Source: Candidatus Lloydbacteria bacterium (GTDB taxonomy: Bacteria > Patescibacteriota > Minisyncoccia > Phycocordibacterales > UBA6899). From it: a stretch of DNA of 60,096 nt. Positions 35,122 to 45,277 of the stretch are shown one piece after another (positions within the stretch are counted from its first letter, which is position 1; every line of letters begins with the position of its first letter). The translations under genes were made by a program, and so were the position numbers. The stretch spans positions 1-60,096 of the forward strand of contig JAYTVK010000075.1 of NCBI GenBank assembly GCA_043744595.1. Reading direction: 5' to 3'. The notes beneath the pieces were generated by a model that saw nothing but the letters and a program-made list of their open reading frames with translations, had not been told where the DNA came from and did not search any database.

Positions 35122-36342
35122 AAAAATATTCGCGTGCTCATGTTTGGCTGGGAATTTCCACCGCATAATAGCGGGGGTCTTGGCACAGCATGTTATGGAT
35201 TAACCCGCGCGCTGACTCGGCGTGATCTGCAGGTCACATTTGTGCTACCGAAAAAATTAACCGGCCTCGATCATGATTTTCTCAGGATCGTATTTGCCAA
35301 CATACGCAATATCAAAGTGCGCACTGTCCAAACACTACTTCATCCGTACATCAATACTGAGCTGTATGACGAGTACCTGCGCACCGCCCCGGAAGACAAG
35401 ATCTACGGACTCAACCTCTTTGACGAAGTGCGTCGCTATGGGCTGCAGGCAAAACTCATTGCTGCCGATGAACCGCACGATGTGATACATGCGCATGACT
35501 GGCTGTCATTTCGTGCAGGAATGGAAGCGAAACGAGTCTCAGGAAAGCCGCTTATCGTACATGTACATGCGACAGAATTTGACCGTACCGGAGGACATCC
35601 AAATCAGTACATCTATGAAGAAGAACGCCGAGGACTTCATGCCGCCGACTGCATCATTGCCGTCTCACAGCACACAAAAAATGCGATCGTCGAACACTAT
35701 GGAGTTCCTGCGGATAAGGTGAGTGTGGTGCACAATGGCATCGACACGAATGAGTGGCGTAAGTCACTTCCGCCCGCACTTGAGCATGTGAAGTCCGAGG
35801 GGAAGAAGATAGTGCTATTCGTCGGACGTATCACCATTCAGAAGGGACCCGACTATTTCATCAAGGTTGCCAAGCGAGTACTCGAGTACGATAGGAACGT
35901 ACTCTTTGTCATTTCAGGGGCGGGAGATATGGAGCACCAGATCATCCGACTTGCGACTGAGATGGGACTTGGCGACAATGTCGTGTTCGCCGGTTTCGTT
36001 CGTGGCGACGACCTGATCAAGCTCTATCGAGCGGCGGACCTCTATGTCATGCCGTCAGTTTCAGAGCCGTTCGGGCTGACTGCCCTTGAAGCACTTGCGA
36101 ATGGTACGCCGATACTCGTGTCGCGACAGTCGGGAGTTTCCGAGGTCTTGACCCATGCGCTCAAATCAGATTTCTGGGATATCGATGACATGGCCGACAA
36201 GATCTTGGGCGTTGTGCGAAGCGCCGGGCTCAAGCAAACGCTCGGCGAGCTCGGTTCTATCGACGTCGAACATGTTACCTGGGAAAACGCCGCGCAGAAA
36301 TGCTCGGTCATTTATGACGATATAATCAATAACGCCAAATAA
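35122..36342 (+). CDS. GT4/GT5 glycosyltransferase, glycogen-synthase-like
   Basis: MKNIRVLMFGWEFPPHNSGGLGTA at the N-terminus and the E-x7-E region SEPFGLTALEALANGTP. Operon context with GH57 and GH15. Confidence 0.7.
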   Translation, partial: KNIRVLMFGWEFPPHNSGGLGTACYGLTRALTRRDLQVTFVLPKKLTGLDHDFLRIVFANIRNIKVRTVQTLLHPYINTELYDEYLRTAPEDKIYGLNLFDEVRRYGLQAKLIAADEPHDVIHAHDWLSFRAGMEAKRVSGKPLIVHVHATEFDRTGGHPNQYIYEEERRGLHAADCIIAVSQHTKNAIVEHYGVPADKVSVVHNGIDTNEWRKSLPPALEHVKSEGKKIVLFVGRITIQKGPDYFIKVAKRVLEYDRNVLFVISGAGDMEHQIIRLATEMGLGDNVVFAGFVRGDDLIKLYRAADLYVMPSVSEPFGLTALEALANGTPILVSRQSGVSEVLTHALKSDFWDIDDMADKILGVVRSAGLKQTLGELGSIDVEHVTWENAAQKCSVIYDDIINNAK

Positions 36343-36343
36343 T

Positions 36344-37711
36344 ATGCCGAGTGTTTGTTTCTACTTCCAAGTTCATCAGCCGTATCGTACTAAAAAGTAC
36401 CGGATTTTTGATGTCGGTAATGATCACGAATACTTCAATGACAAGAGTGATCGTGATATCAATAATGAAAAGATCCTGCACAAGGTCGCAAACAAGTGCT
36501 ATCTGCCGATGAATGCGCTCTTGCTCGAGTTGCTGCAGAAATATCCTGAATTCAAATGTTCCTTCTCATTCTCCGGAGTGTATCTTGATCAATTACAGGA
36601 ATTCTCACCCAAGACACTGAAGTCTTTTCAAAAACTTGTCGGCACCGGGCGGGTTGAAGTCCTTGATGAGACCTACTATCATTCGCTTTCGTACCTCTAT
36701 TCAAAAGACGAGTTCAAGCGCCAAGTCGCGCTCCATCGGGAGAAAGTACAAAAACTATTCGGTGTTGTGCCGACCGCGTTCCGTAACACTGAATTGATCT
36801 ACAACAATGAACTTGCGAAGACCATCGAGGATATGGGATATAAAGCAATACTCGCTGAAGGAGCAGATCATCTTCTTGGATGGCGCTCACCGAATTTTCT
36901 CTACCAGGCACCGGGTACTTCAAAGATCAAAACACTACTGAAGAATTACCGTCTTTCCGACGATATCGCCTTTCGTTTCTCTGCCCGCGACTGGCCGGAG
37001 TGGCCGCTGAGTGCGGAAAAGTTCGCAGGGTGGGTGAATGCGGTCAACGGCAACGGAAACGTCGTCAACTTGTTCATGGACTACGAGACATTCGGCGAGC
37101 ACCAATGGGAAGACACCGGTATCTTTGAATTCATGCGCGCACTTCCCGGTGAAGTACTCAAGAATCAGGATAATGATTTCGTCACAGTGACCGAAGCGGC
37201 AAAGCGATATCCTACCGTCGGAGAATTCGACGCACACAATTTTGTGTCATGGGCGGATGTAGAGCGCGATCTTTCTGCATGGCTTTCGAACAACATGCAG
37301 CACGAAGCAATTGGCAATGTCTATGCGCTTGAGAAAGATGTACTCGCCACAGGTGACAAAAAGTTGATCGAAGACTGGCGCAAGCTCCAGACTTCGGACC
37401 ATTTTTACTACATGTGCACCAAGTGGTTTGCCGACGGTGATGTCCATAAGTATTTCAATCCGTACGAGACTCCGTACGAAGCATTCATCGCCTACAACAA
37501 CGTACTGCATGATCTCGCACTACGAGTGAAGGAGCGCTCAGGCAAGCCACTACTGCTCGCAAGTGAGGAAGAGGAGGCAGCACGAGTGAAAGCGATAAGT
37601 GTACAAAAGAAAGCTCCGGTAAAAAAAGTACTAACCGCAAAGAGGGTAGTAAAGAAAACAGTACCGCCGGCAAAGAAGAAGGCTCCGATAGCAAAAAAGA
37701 AAAAGAACTGA
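36344..37711 (+). CDS. Glycoside hydrolase family 57 with Lys-rich C-terminal tail
   Basis: CFYFQVHQPYR at the N-terminus and the DYETFGEH region. Last ~45 aa: KKAPVKKVLTAKRVVKKTVPPAKKKAPIAKKKKN. Confidence 0.75.
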   Translation: MPSVCFYFQVHQPYRTKKYRIFDVGNDHEYFNDKSDRDINNEKILHKVANKCYLPMNALLLELLQKYPEFKCSFSFSGVYLDQLQEFSPKTLKSFQKLVGTGRVEVLDETYYHSLSYLYSKDEFKRQVALHREKVQKLFGVVPTAFRNTELIYNNELAKTIEDMGYKAILAEGADHLLGWRSPNFLYQAPGTSKIKTLLKNYRLSDDIAFRFSARDWPEWPLSAEKFAGWVNAVNGNGNVVNLFMDYETFGEHQWEDTGIFEFMRALPGEVLKNQDNDFVTVTEAAKRYPTVGEFDAHNFVSWADVERDLSAWLSNNMQHEAIGNVYALEKDVLATGDKKLIEDWRKLQTSDHFYYMCTKWFADGDVHKYFNPYETPYEAFIAYNNVLHDLALRVKERSGKPLLLASEEEEAARVKAISVQKKAPVKKVLTAKRVVKKTVPPAKKKAPIAKKKKN

Positions 37712-37768
37712 CCAGAGTGCGCTTGCGGTATATAGACACCATGAACACAACATTCACTTACAACTTCT

Positions 37769-39730
37769 ATGGCTAGATCACTTTCATTTGGGAACGGCTC
37801 TATGCTCGTGTGTATCGATCAGTTTGCGCAGGTGCGCGACTTGTATTTCCCGTATGTTGGACTTGAGAATCATATCGGCGGGTCGTATGTGCACAAGATA
37901 GGGGTATGGGTCGACGGGCAGTTCTCGTGGGTCTCAGACGGGTCATGGGAGATACGTATCGATTCAGACAATGCATATACCGGGATCTCGGTCCTGTATT
38001 CACCACGCCTTTCTGTCGAGATCAGTTTCACTGATGTGCTGTACAACGAGAAGAATGTGCTGATGCGTAAGGTGAAAGTGCAGAACAAGACCGACCATGA
38101 GCGTGAGGTGCGAGTATTCTTCAATCATCAGTACGATATCTATCATTCAGAAAATCTTGACACCGGATTTTATGATCCAAATACCAACACGGTCATTCAC
38201 TATGAAGGCCGGCGAGTGTTTTTGATGAATGCGTCGCAGGGGGATAGGGGCATCGACGACTACTCGGTCGGGATCTTTCAGATCGAAGGCAAAGAAGGCA
38301 CATACCGTGATGCCGAAGACGGAGTGCTGGCAAAGAACTCTATCGAACACGGCAGCGTTGATTCGACCGTCGGACTGCGACTCACTATCGGTGCTGAAAG
38401 TGTGAAAACCTTTCACTACTGGATCGCGGTCGGCGAGTCGATCGATGAGGTCAAAGAGCTAAATAGTTTTGTACTTGAGCACTCGCCTGACAAGATCATC
38501 AAATCTTCCCGCGACTATTGGTTTGCCTGGGTGATGAAGAACGAGTGGAACTTTTACGGACTTGGCGATACGCTCATCGACTTATTCAAAAAGTCGCAGT
38601 TCTTCCTACGTTCACACGTGGATAAGAACGGAGCTATAGTTGCTTCGGGGGATTCTGATATGTTGCGGGGCGGCCGCGATACTTACGCATATATGTGGCC
38701 AAGAGATTCCGCGTATGTTGCTACGACACTCGATTGGATAGGTGACAGACACAGTGCGAGAAAATTCTTCGAACTGTGTAATAGTCTTATCACCGAAGAC
38801 GGGTATCTCATGCACAAATACCGCTCGGATGGCTCACTCGGTTCATCCTGGCACGGTTGGCTCGTGAGCGGCAAGACGGAGCTTCCTATTCAGGAAGATG
38901 AGACTGCGCTCATCTTGTGGGCACTATGGGAGCACTGGCTGGTGACGAAAGATCTTGATTTCATTGAATCTATCTATAACTCATTCATACGAAAGGCGGC
39001 GGTGTTCCTTTCTTCGCATCGCGATACGTACTCAGGACTTCCAAAGCCATCCTATAATCTTTGGGAAGAGAAATTCGGCGTACACACGTACACTGCCGCG
39101 ACGGTATATGCCGGCCTCAAGGCAGCAGCGCGGTTCGCAGAGATCCTTGGGAAGGAGCGTAGTGAACATAACTTCGACAGTATCGCAGAGGACATGCGCG
39201 TGGCGATCATCAAACATCTTTATAATCCTGAAGACGGAAGCTTTTACCGATCGCTCATCATTGATCCGCAGGGTATGACCGTCTATGACCGCACCATAGA
39301 CGCATCGAGTGCATACGGACTGTTCTTGTTCGGAGTACTTCCTCCAGAAGATCCGATGCTCATGCATGCAATGAATCTCACTAAAGAAAAACTGACGGTG
39401 CGCACCCCGGTCGGCGGTATCGCACGTTATGTCGGGGATCAATACTATCGTGTCGGGTCGGATGTCCCGGGAAACCCGTGGTTCATCACAACTCTGTGGT
39501 TCACTCAATATTCCATTGCACTTGCAAAGAATGATCATGATCTTGATCAGGTACGCGCAGATCTCAACTGGGTCGAACGCAATTCATTGCGTTCCGGGAT
39601 CATGTCTGAGCAACTCAATCCTTACACCAAAGAGCAGCTTTCTGCAGCACCGCTTACCTGGAGCCATGCGGAGTATATTCGTACGGTGATCATGTACATG
39701 CGTAAGCTTTCTGAACTGAACATCATCTGA
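37769..39730 (+). CDS. Glycoside hydrolase family 15 (glucoamylase/glucodextranase-like)
   Basis: N-terminal beta domain plus an (alpha/alpha)6 domain with YMWPRDSAY and LWEE. Confidence 0.75.
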   Translation: MARSLSFGNGSMLVCIDQFAQVRDLYFPYVGLENHIGGSYVHKIGVWVDGQFSWVSDGSWEIRIDSDNAYTGISVLYSPRLSVEISFTDVLYNEKNVLMRKVKVQNKTDHEREVRVFFNHQYDIYHSENLDTGFYDPNTNTVIHYEGRRVFLMNASQGDRGIDDYSVGIFQIEGKEGTYRDAEDGVLAKNSIEHGSVDSTVGLRLTIGAESVKTFHYWIAVGESIDEVKELNSFVLEHSPDKIIKSSRDYWFAWVMKNEWNFYGLGDTLIDLFKKSQFFLRSHVDKNGAIVASGDSDMLRGGRDTYAYMWPRDSAYVATTLDWIGDRHSARKFFELCNSLITEDGYLMHKYRSDGSLGSSWHGWLVSGKTELPIQEDETALILWALWEHWLVTKDLDFIESIYNSFIRKAAVFLSSHRDTYSGLPKPSYNLWEEKFGVHTYTAATVYAGLKAAARFAEILGKERSEHNFDSIAEDMRVAIIKHLYNPEDGSFYRSLIIDPQGMTVYDRTIDASSAYGLFLFGVLPPEDPMLMHAMNLTKEKLTVRTPVGGIARYVGDQYYRVGSDVPGNPWFITTLWFTQYSIALAKNDHDLDQVRADLNWVERNSLRSGIMSEQLNPYTKEQLSAAPLTWSHAEYIRTVIMYMRKLSELNII

Positions 39731-39737
39731 TACCTTT

Positions 39738-41051
39738 ATGCATAAACAAAGCTTTGATCTTACATTCGAACATGTTCCCGCCACGCCGCTCATACCGGAG
39801 CGATTGCTTGCCTATGCAGATCATCTGCGCGAACTGGTAGCAAAAAAAAGCGGAGCATACTCCACGGGAGAAGATGCGCTACGCCTGCCGCAGGACCCGA
39901 GTGTACTTGCCGATGTCACTCATGTGGTGCAGCGTTACTGGAATACACAACTACGCTACGTCATCGTTGTCGGCATTGGTGGATCGAATCTTGGTGCAAA
40001 AGCGGTATATGACGCACTACGCGGTACACTCGACGGGCTCCTTGACGGATTTCCAAAGATAATTTTTCTTGATACCGTCTCTCCAAAGTTACTGAATGAT
40101 CTCGAACGATTGCTTGAGTTCGATGTATCATACAAAGAAGAAGTCGTCATAAACCTCATTAGTAAGTCAGGTTCCACCACTGAAAGCGTAGCAAATTTCG
40201 AGATGCTCTATGCGTACCTAAAGAAGCGATTTCCCGGTATCTCCGAGCGCGTCGTGGTCACCACCGAAAAAGATTCGCCACTCTGGAATATTGCAGAAAA
40301 ACATAAATTCGGGACTCTCTTGCATCAGCATGTCGGCGGCAGATTCTCTGTCTTTTCAAGTGTCGGACTTCTTCCACTCGGACTTGCGGGGATCGATATC
40401 ACCAGTTTAGTCGACGGCGGCAAGGAAACACTGCGCCAGCATATCGAGGGTAATGACCAGGCGCTGCGCTTTGCGACCGCACTCTACCGTGCAAGCAAGC
40501 ACGATGTGACCACGATCAACTTTTTCTTCTTTAATCCCGAACTCGAATCGCTGGGCAAATGGGCAAGGCAGCTCTATGGTGAAAGTCTCGGCAAAGAACA
40601 TGATAAAAGCGGAAAGCTGGTACGTGTCGGCATTACCCCGATCGTCTCTATCGGCTCGACCGATCTCCATTCGATGGCGCAGCTCTATCTTGGCGGACCG
40701 AAAGATAAATTCACACTGTTCATGCATGTCAAAGAAGCAAGTCATATGCATGTGCCGGCAAGTTTGATCTTCAAGAATGTCATTCCCGGGATAAACGGCA
40801 AACAACCTGTGCAGCTTATGGATGCCATCTATCAGGGTGTGCGTTCTGCGTACGGCAAGCATAAGCTTCCTTTTGCAGAGGCTGGTTTCCATGCAATCAA
40901 CCCTTACACGCTAGGCATGTTCCTCTCTTGGCAGATGCTCTCGGTGGTATATCTTGCGGAACTGCTTCATGTAAATGCGTTCGATCAACCGAATGTTGAA
41001 GATTATAAGCATGTTACCAAAGACATTTTACAGCATCACTCTCCATCATGA
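39738..41051 (+). CDS. pgi: Glucose-6-phosphate isomerase
   Basis: VGIGGSNLGAKA and ISKSGSTTES motifs. Confidence 0.8.
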   Translation: MHKQSFDLTFEHVPATPLIPERLLAYADHLRELVAKKSGAYSTGEDALRLPQDPSVLADVTHVVQRYWNTQLRYVIVVGIGGSNLGAKAVYDALRGTLDGLLDGFPKIIFLDTVSPKLLNDLERLLEFDVSYKEEVVINLISKSGSTTESVANFEMLYAYLKKRFPGISERVVVTTEKDSPLWNIAEKHKFGTLLHQHVGGRFSVFSSVGLLPLGLAGIDITSLVDGGKETLRQHIEGNDQALRFATALYRASKHDVTTINFFFFNPELESLGKWARQLYGESLGKEHDKSGKLVRVGITPIVSIGSTDLHSMAQLYLGGPKDKFTLFMHVKEASHMHVPASLIFKNVIPGINGKQPVQLMDAIYQGVRSAYGKHKLPFAEAGFHAINPYTLGMFLSWQMLSVVYLAELLHVNAFDQPNVEDYKHVTKDILQHHSPS

Positions 41052-41896
41052 ACTACATACTATTTGATATCGGGGGCAGTAAGACTCGCATCGCGCTTTC
41101 ACATGACGCAGAGGTGTTCGGTGAACCAGTGATCATCGATACCCCTAAGGACTTTGATGCCGCAATGCAGCTGCTTAAAACGACGGCATTCGAACTGACA
41201 AAAGGAGAGCGCATCGATATGGCCGCAGGGGATATTGCGGGAGTTTTCTCCCGCGACAAAACTGTTCTCTTGCGTGCACCGCATTTGCCGGGCTGGAACG
41301 GAAAGCGTATTGCCGAGGTACTCACGCTGCAACTCGGCACCAAGGTGATCATCGATAATGATGCTGCAGTCGTCGGACTCGGTGAAGCGGTGTTTGGCGG
41401 AGGGAAGGGGCACGAGATAGTCGCATACATCACTGTATCAACCGGAGTCGGGGGCGCGCGCATCGTAAATGGACGAATAGATGTGAGTGCGATGGGATTT
41501 GAGCCGGGGCGTCAGATCATCGATGCGGGAGGATCACTCGCAAACACTTCAGTCGGGGGAAAAGGTCTCGATCTCGACGGCATGATCTCAGGTACTGCTA
41601 TCACGCAACGCTACGGAAAGAAACCCTATGAAATAACCGACGAAAAATTCTGGGATGAAATGGCGAGGCTCTTGGCGTATGGACTCAGTAATACCATCGT
41701 CCACTGGTCGCCTGATGTTGTGGTTATCGGCGGATCAATGATGAAAGAGGTAGGCATACCGATAGAGCGGGTACGTGCGCATCTCGCAGGTATTCTGCAT
41801 ATTTTCACTGAACTTCCTGTCATCGCACATTCAACACTTGGCGACATCGGCGGCCTCTATGGTGCGCTTGCACTGATCAAGCACAAGCAAAAATAA
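41048..41896 (+). CDS. ROK family sugar kinase (glucokinase-like)
   Basis: LFDIGGSKTRIAL and TVSTGVGGA. 4-nt overlap with pgi. Confidence 0.7.
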   Translation: MNYILFDIGGSKTRIALSHDAEVFGEPVIIDTPKDFDAAMQLLKTTAFELTKGERIDMAAGDIAGVFSRDKTVLLRAPHLPGWNGKRIAEVLTLQLGTKVIIDNDAAVVGLGEAVFGGGKGHEIVAYITVSTGVGGARIVNGRIDVSAMGFEPGRQIIDAGGSLANTSVGGKGLDLDGMISGTAITQRYGKKPYEITDEKFWDEMARLLAYGLSNTIVHWSPDVVVIGGSMMKEVGIPIERVRAHLAGILHIFTELPVIAHSTLGDIGGLYGALALIKHKQK

Positions 41897-41902
41897 AAAA
41901 CA

Positions 41903-41925
41903 GTGCCCGGAATCGATCCGGGCAC
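41903..41925. terminator. Bidirectional terminator hairpin
   Basis: gtgcccgga-atcga-tccgggcac with an A-run upstream. Confidence 0.6.
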
Positions 41926-41949
41926 GTCTGCAAGAGTCTTGTAAGAACG

Positions 41950-42369
41950 CTAGTCATTGCGGCTTGCTTCGACCTTGCGAATGAATGCAAGGCACATATC
42001 GAAGCGCTCCTTGGTTGAAGCGTAGCGCGCGAACTGGTAATGCGGTTGCGCGATGCCGATGATGAGGCGTGAGATCTTGGAGTCTCTATGCGCGAGACTG
42101 AGTGTCGGTTTCCTGAGCTTCTCGACGGCGACACCGAGCTCATAACCGAGGCCCATGCTTGGGAAGTCTGAGATGGCGATGAATGCATCACAATCCGCGA
42201 CACATTCGCCGATGTCTCGTCGGTAGACTTCTTCGGGAGTCCCATCAAATAGACCCATGAAGTTGTACACATTGGCGTGTGACCGCAACTTCTCTTTCAG
42301 GCTGTCGACCGCTTTGCGAAACCGCAGGGGTGCTTGAGTGAGCCCGCATCCAACATACACATTGATCAT
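41950..42369 (-). CDS. Nucleoside 2-deoxyribosyltransferase-like protein
   Basis: MINVYVGCGL at the N-terminus, SMGLGYELGVA (conserved Glu). About 140 aa with Rossmann-like pattern. Motif recall only. Confidence 0.45.
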   Translation of the reverse strand: MINVYVGCGLTQAPLRFRKAVDSLKEKLRSHANVYNFMGLFDGTPEEVYRRDIGECVADCDAFIAISDFPSMGLGYELGVAVEKLRKPTLSLAHRDSKISRLIIGIAQPHYQFARYASTKERFDMCLAFIRKVEASRND

Positions 42370-42457
42370 ATGAAACCCTTTCATGAACAGAGGTCCTTAT
42401 CTAGAGTATCAGCCTCTAGAATAGCCGCAAACTGGGGAGTAAATACCACTTATATCC

Positions 42458-42958
42458 TTATACTACAGTCTTCTCTAGGGTCACAAATCGCAGGGGATAC
42501 AGATTCTTCTCATCCGGCTGCAGTGAACTTTCTTCTTTTATGACAAAGCCGCTCTCTTTATAGTCAGGAAAGAACGTATCGCAATCGAATTCACCTTCGA
42601 TAAGCGTAAGATAAAGTCTGTCAGCCGCAGCAAGTGTTTCATCAAATATCTGCGCACCGCCGATGATGAATACTTCAGTATGCTTATCTCCACCCACTGC
42701 TTCAAGTGCATCATTAAGCGAGGAAAACACCTCAACTCCGTCAGCGTTGAAGTCAGAGCGAGAAAGCACGATATTGCGTCGATTCGGAAGCGGTCTGCCG
42801 AGTGACTCATAGGTTTTGCGTCCCATGATGATCGTATGGTCAGTGGTCAGCATTCGGAAGCGCTTCATATCGGCCGGAACTTTGCCCATCCAAGGCAGGC
42901 CGTTCTTCGCGCCGATTCCGCGCTTATTATCCATCGCTGCAATAAGGGAGATGATCAT
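42458..42958 (-). CDS. folA: Dihydrofolate reductase
   Basis: IAAMDNKRGIGAKNGLPW, MGRKTYESLGRPLPNRRNIVLSR. Confidence 0.9.
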   Translation of the reverse strand: MIISLIAAMDNKRGIGAKNGLPWMGKVPADMKRFRMLTTDHTIIMGRKTYESLGRPLPNRRNIVLSRSDFNADGVEVFSSLNDALEAVGGDKHTEVFIIGGAQIFDETLAAADRLYLTLIEGEFDCDTFFPDYKESGFVIKEESSLQPDEKNLYPLRFVTLEKTVV

Positions 42959-42966
42959 GCAAAAAA

Positions 42967-43887
42967 TTAGACTGCTATGGGTGCCTTTATACCGGGGTGA
43001 GGGTCGTAGCCGACAAGCTCGAAGTCCTCGAACTTATAATCGAATATAGATTCGACATTGCGGTTGATGCGCAGCTCAGGCAAGGGTTTCGGTTCGCGCG
43101 CAAGCTGTGTGTCGACCTGCTCGAGATGATTGAGGTAGATATGACAGTCGCCTCCGGTCCAGATGAATTCGCCGGGGGTAAGACCTGTGACCTTTGCAAT
43201 CATGATGGTCAGTAGTGCGTAGGAAGCGATATTGAAGGGTACGCCAAGGAAAGAATCGCAACTGCGCTGATACAGCTGACAGGAAAGCTTGCCCTCTGCG
43301 ACCGAGAATTGGAACAGGCAGTGGCAAGGAGGAAGGCCCGCCTTTGCCATCTCATCGATATCGGCGACATTCCATGCTGAGACAATGAGTCTGCGTGAGT
43401 CCGGAGACTTCTTTATCATCTCGATGACTTTAGAGATCTGATCAACATGACCCCCGCTAGGCGTCGGCCAATTGCGCCACTGGTATCCGTATATCGGTCC
43501 GAGGTTGCCGTAATCCTTTGCGAATGAGTCATCGGTCTTGATACGTTCAATGAATGCGGTCATTCCGGTCTTCCATTCTTCCGTATCACTTTTTGGAACC
43601 GGTAGGTTGTTGCGCACGAGATACGACTTGTATGGCCATTCATCCCAGATGTGTACATTATTCTTCGCCAGGTACGCAAGATTCGAATCGCCACTCAAAA
43701 ACCACAGGAGTTCATGCAGGATAAGATTGAAGGGTGTCTTTTTTGTCGTGACAAGCGGGAATCCCTCAGAGAGATCGTAGCGCATCTGGTAGCCGAATAC
43801 GCCGATAGTGCCGGTGCCCGTGCGGTCAGTCTTTTTCACGCCATTTTCTTTAATATGCCGAAGATAGTCGAGATATTGTTTCATCAC
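42967..43887 (-). CDS. thyA: Thymidylate synthase (long form)
   Basis: [21 protein letters not shown], and the small-domain insertion typical of ~300-aa ThyA. Confidence 0.9.
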   Translation of the reverse strand: MMKQYLDYLRHIKENGVKKTDRTGTGTIGVFGYQMRYDLSEGFPLVTTKKTPFNLILHELLWFLSGDSNLAYLAKNNVHIWDEWPYKSYLVRNNLPVPKSDTEEWKTGMTAFIERIKTDDSFAKDYGNLGPIYGYQWRNWPTPSGGHVDQISKVIEMIKKSPDSRRLIVSAWNVADIDEMAKAGLPPCHCLFQFSVAEGKLSCQLYQRSCDSFLGVPFNIASYALLTIMIAKVTGLTPGEFIWTGGDCHIYLNHLEQVDTQLAREPKPLPELRINRNVESIFDYKFEDFELVGYDPHPGIKAPIAV

Positions 43888-43954
43888 TTCTACTATATCA
43901 TGTGCATCAAGCCGGCAGACTACGAAAAACTCAGACGTGTGGTATAGTCCTCAG

Positions 43955-45217
43955 ATGGCAAAAAACACCGAAGAGACAAAAGGCAAATTCGGCTTCACTA
44001 TCGAAAAGAAGATAGAAAACTCACTCGCGCGTGTGGGAGTTATCCACACACCTCACGGGGATATCGAGACCCCGGCATTCATAGTTGTGGGCACGAAAGC
44101 GACGGTCAAAGGTCTGACCCCGGAGCAGGTACGCGCACTCGGAGCGCAAGCAGTACTTTCCAATACCTATCATCTGTATCTGAAGCCCGGCGATGAACTG
44201 GTGCGTGATGCAGGAGGACTTCATAAATTCATGGACTGGGATGGCCCGACATTCACTGACTCGGGTGGATTTCAAGTATTCTCTCTGGGCGCTGCTTTTG
44301 GCATTGGAGTCACTAAGATAGCTACCGATGAGGAGTCGAATATTCCGGAAGTTACCAAAAAGAGGAGAGAAGGAAAGCAGGACCCTGATGAAGACGAGCG
44401 TTCACAGCACGAACAGCTCGCCCGAGTCGACGATGACGGTGTGACATTTAAATCACACATCGACGGCTCGACCCACCGCTTCACTCCTGAGCGGTCTATT
44501 CAGATACAACATAATATCGGTGCAGATATTATCGTCGCATTTGATGAATGCACATCGCCCTTGGCTCCATATGATGATCAAAAAGTGTCGCTCGACAGAA
44601 CCCATGCGTGGGCCGAGCGTAGCCTTGCGGAGCACAAGCGTCTTGGAGGGCCTCAAGCGCTCTATGGTGTGATACAGGGAGGCAAGTACAAAGATCTACG
44701 TGAAGAAGCTGCAACCACGCTTGGTGCGATGGACTTCGACGGCTACGGTATCGGCGGATCGTTCACCAAGGATGATATCGGAACCGCAGTCGCTTGGGTG
44801 AACTCGATTCTTCCGGAAGGGAAGCCTCGCCATCTTCTCGGCATCGGTGAACCCATCGATATGTTTCTCGGGGTCGAGAGCGGCTGTGATACCTTTGACT
44901 GTGTCGCTGCGACCCGTATAGGACGTAATGGCTCGGTGTATACGAAAGACGGTCGGATCAATCTCAATAATACCAAGTTCAAGACCGACTTCACTCCGAT
45001 AGACGCGACATGCGAATGTTTTGCTTGTACACATTGCACGCGCGCTTATATTTCCTATCTTTTTTCGGTCGATGAAATGCTTGCGTCTTCACTCGGTTCG
45101 ATACACAACCTGCACTTCATCGTCACACTTGTTGCGAATATGAGAAAAGCAATGCTGGATGGTAGTTATCAGTCATTCAAAGACCAGTTCCTTGCCGGTT
45201 ATTATAAATCATCATAA
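43955..45217 (+). CDS. tgt: tRNA-guanine transglycosylase with a charged insertion
   Basis: TPAFIVVGT, TDSGGFQVFSL, LYGVIQGG, CEC..C zinc motif. Alternative start at 43937. Confidence 0.85.
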   Translation: MAKNTEETKGKFGFTIEKKIENSLARVGVIHTPHGDIETPAFIVVGTKATVKGLTPEQVRALGAQAVLSNTYHLYLKPGDELVRDAGGLHKFMDWDGPTFTDSGGFQVFSLGAAFGIGVTKIATDEESNIPEVTKKRREGKQDPDEDERSQHEQLARVDDDGVTFKSHIDGSTHRFTPERSIQIQHNIGADIIVAFDECTSPLAPYDDQKVSLDRTHAWAERSLAEHKRLGGPQALYGVIQGGKYKDLREEAATTLGAMDFDGYGIGGSFTKDDIGTAVAWVNSILPEGKPRHLLGIGEPIDMFLGVESGCDTFDCVAATRIGRNGSVYTKDGRINLNNTKFKTDFTPIDATCECFACTHCTRAYISYLFSVDEMLASSLGSIHNLHFIVTLVANMRKAMLDGSYQSFKDQFLAGYYKSS

Positions 45218-45277
45218 GTAGTATTCCGTAGGAGCATTCAGTGTTATCCTCTATATATAGAGTACAGCGTACGCCAT

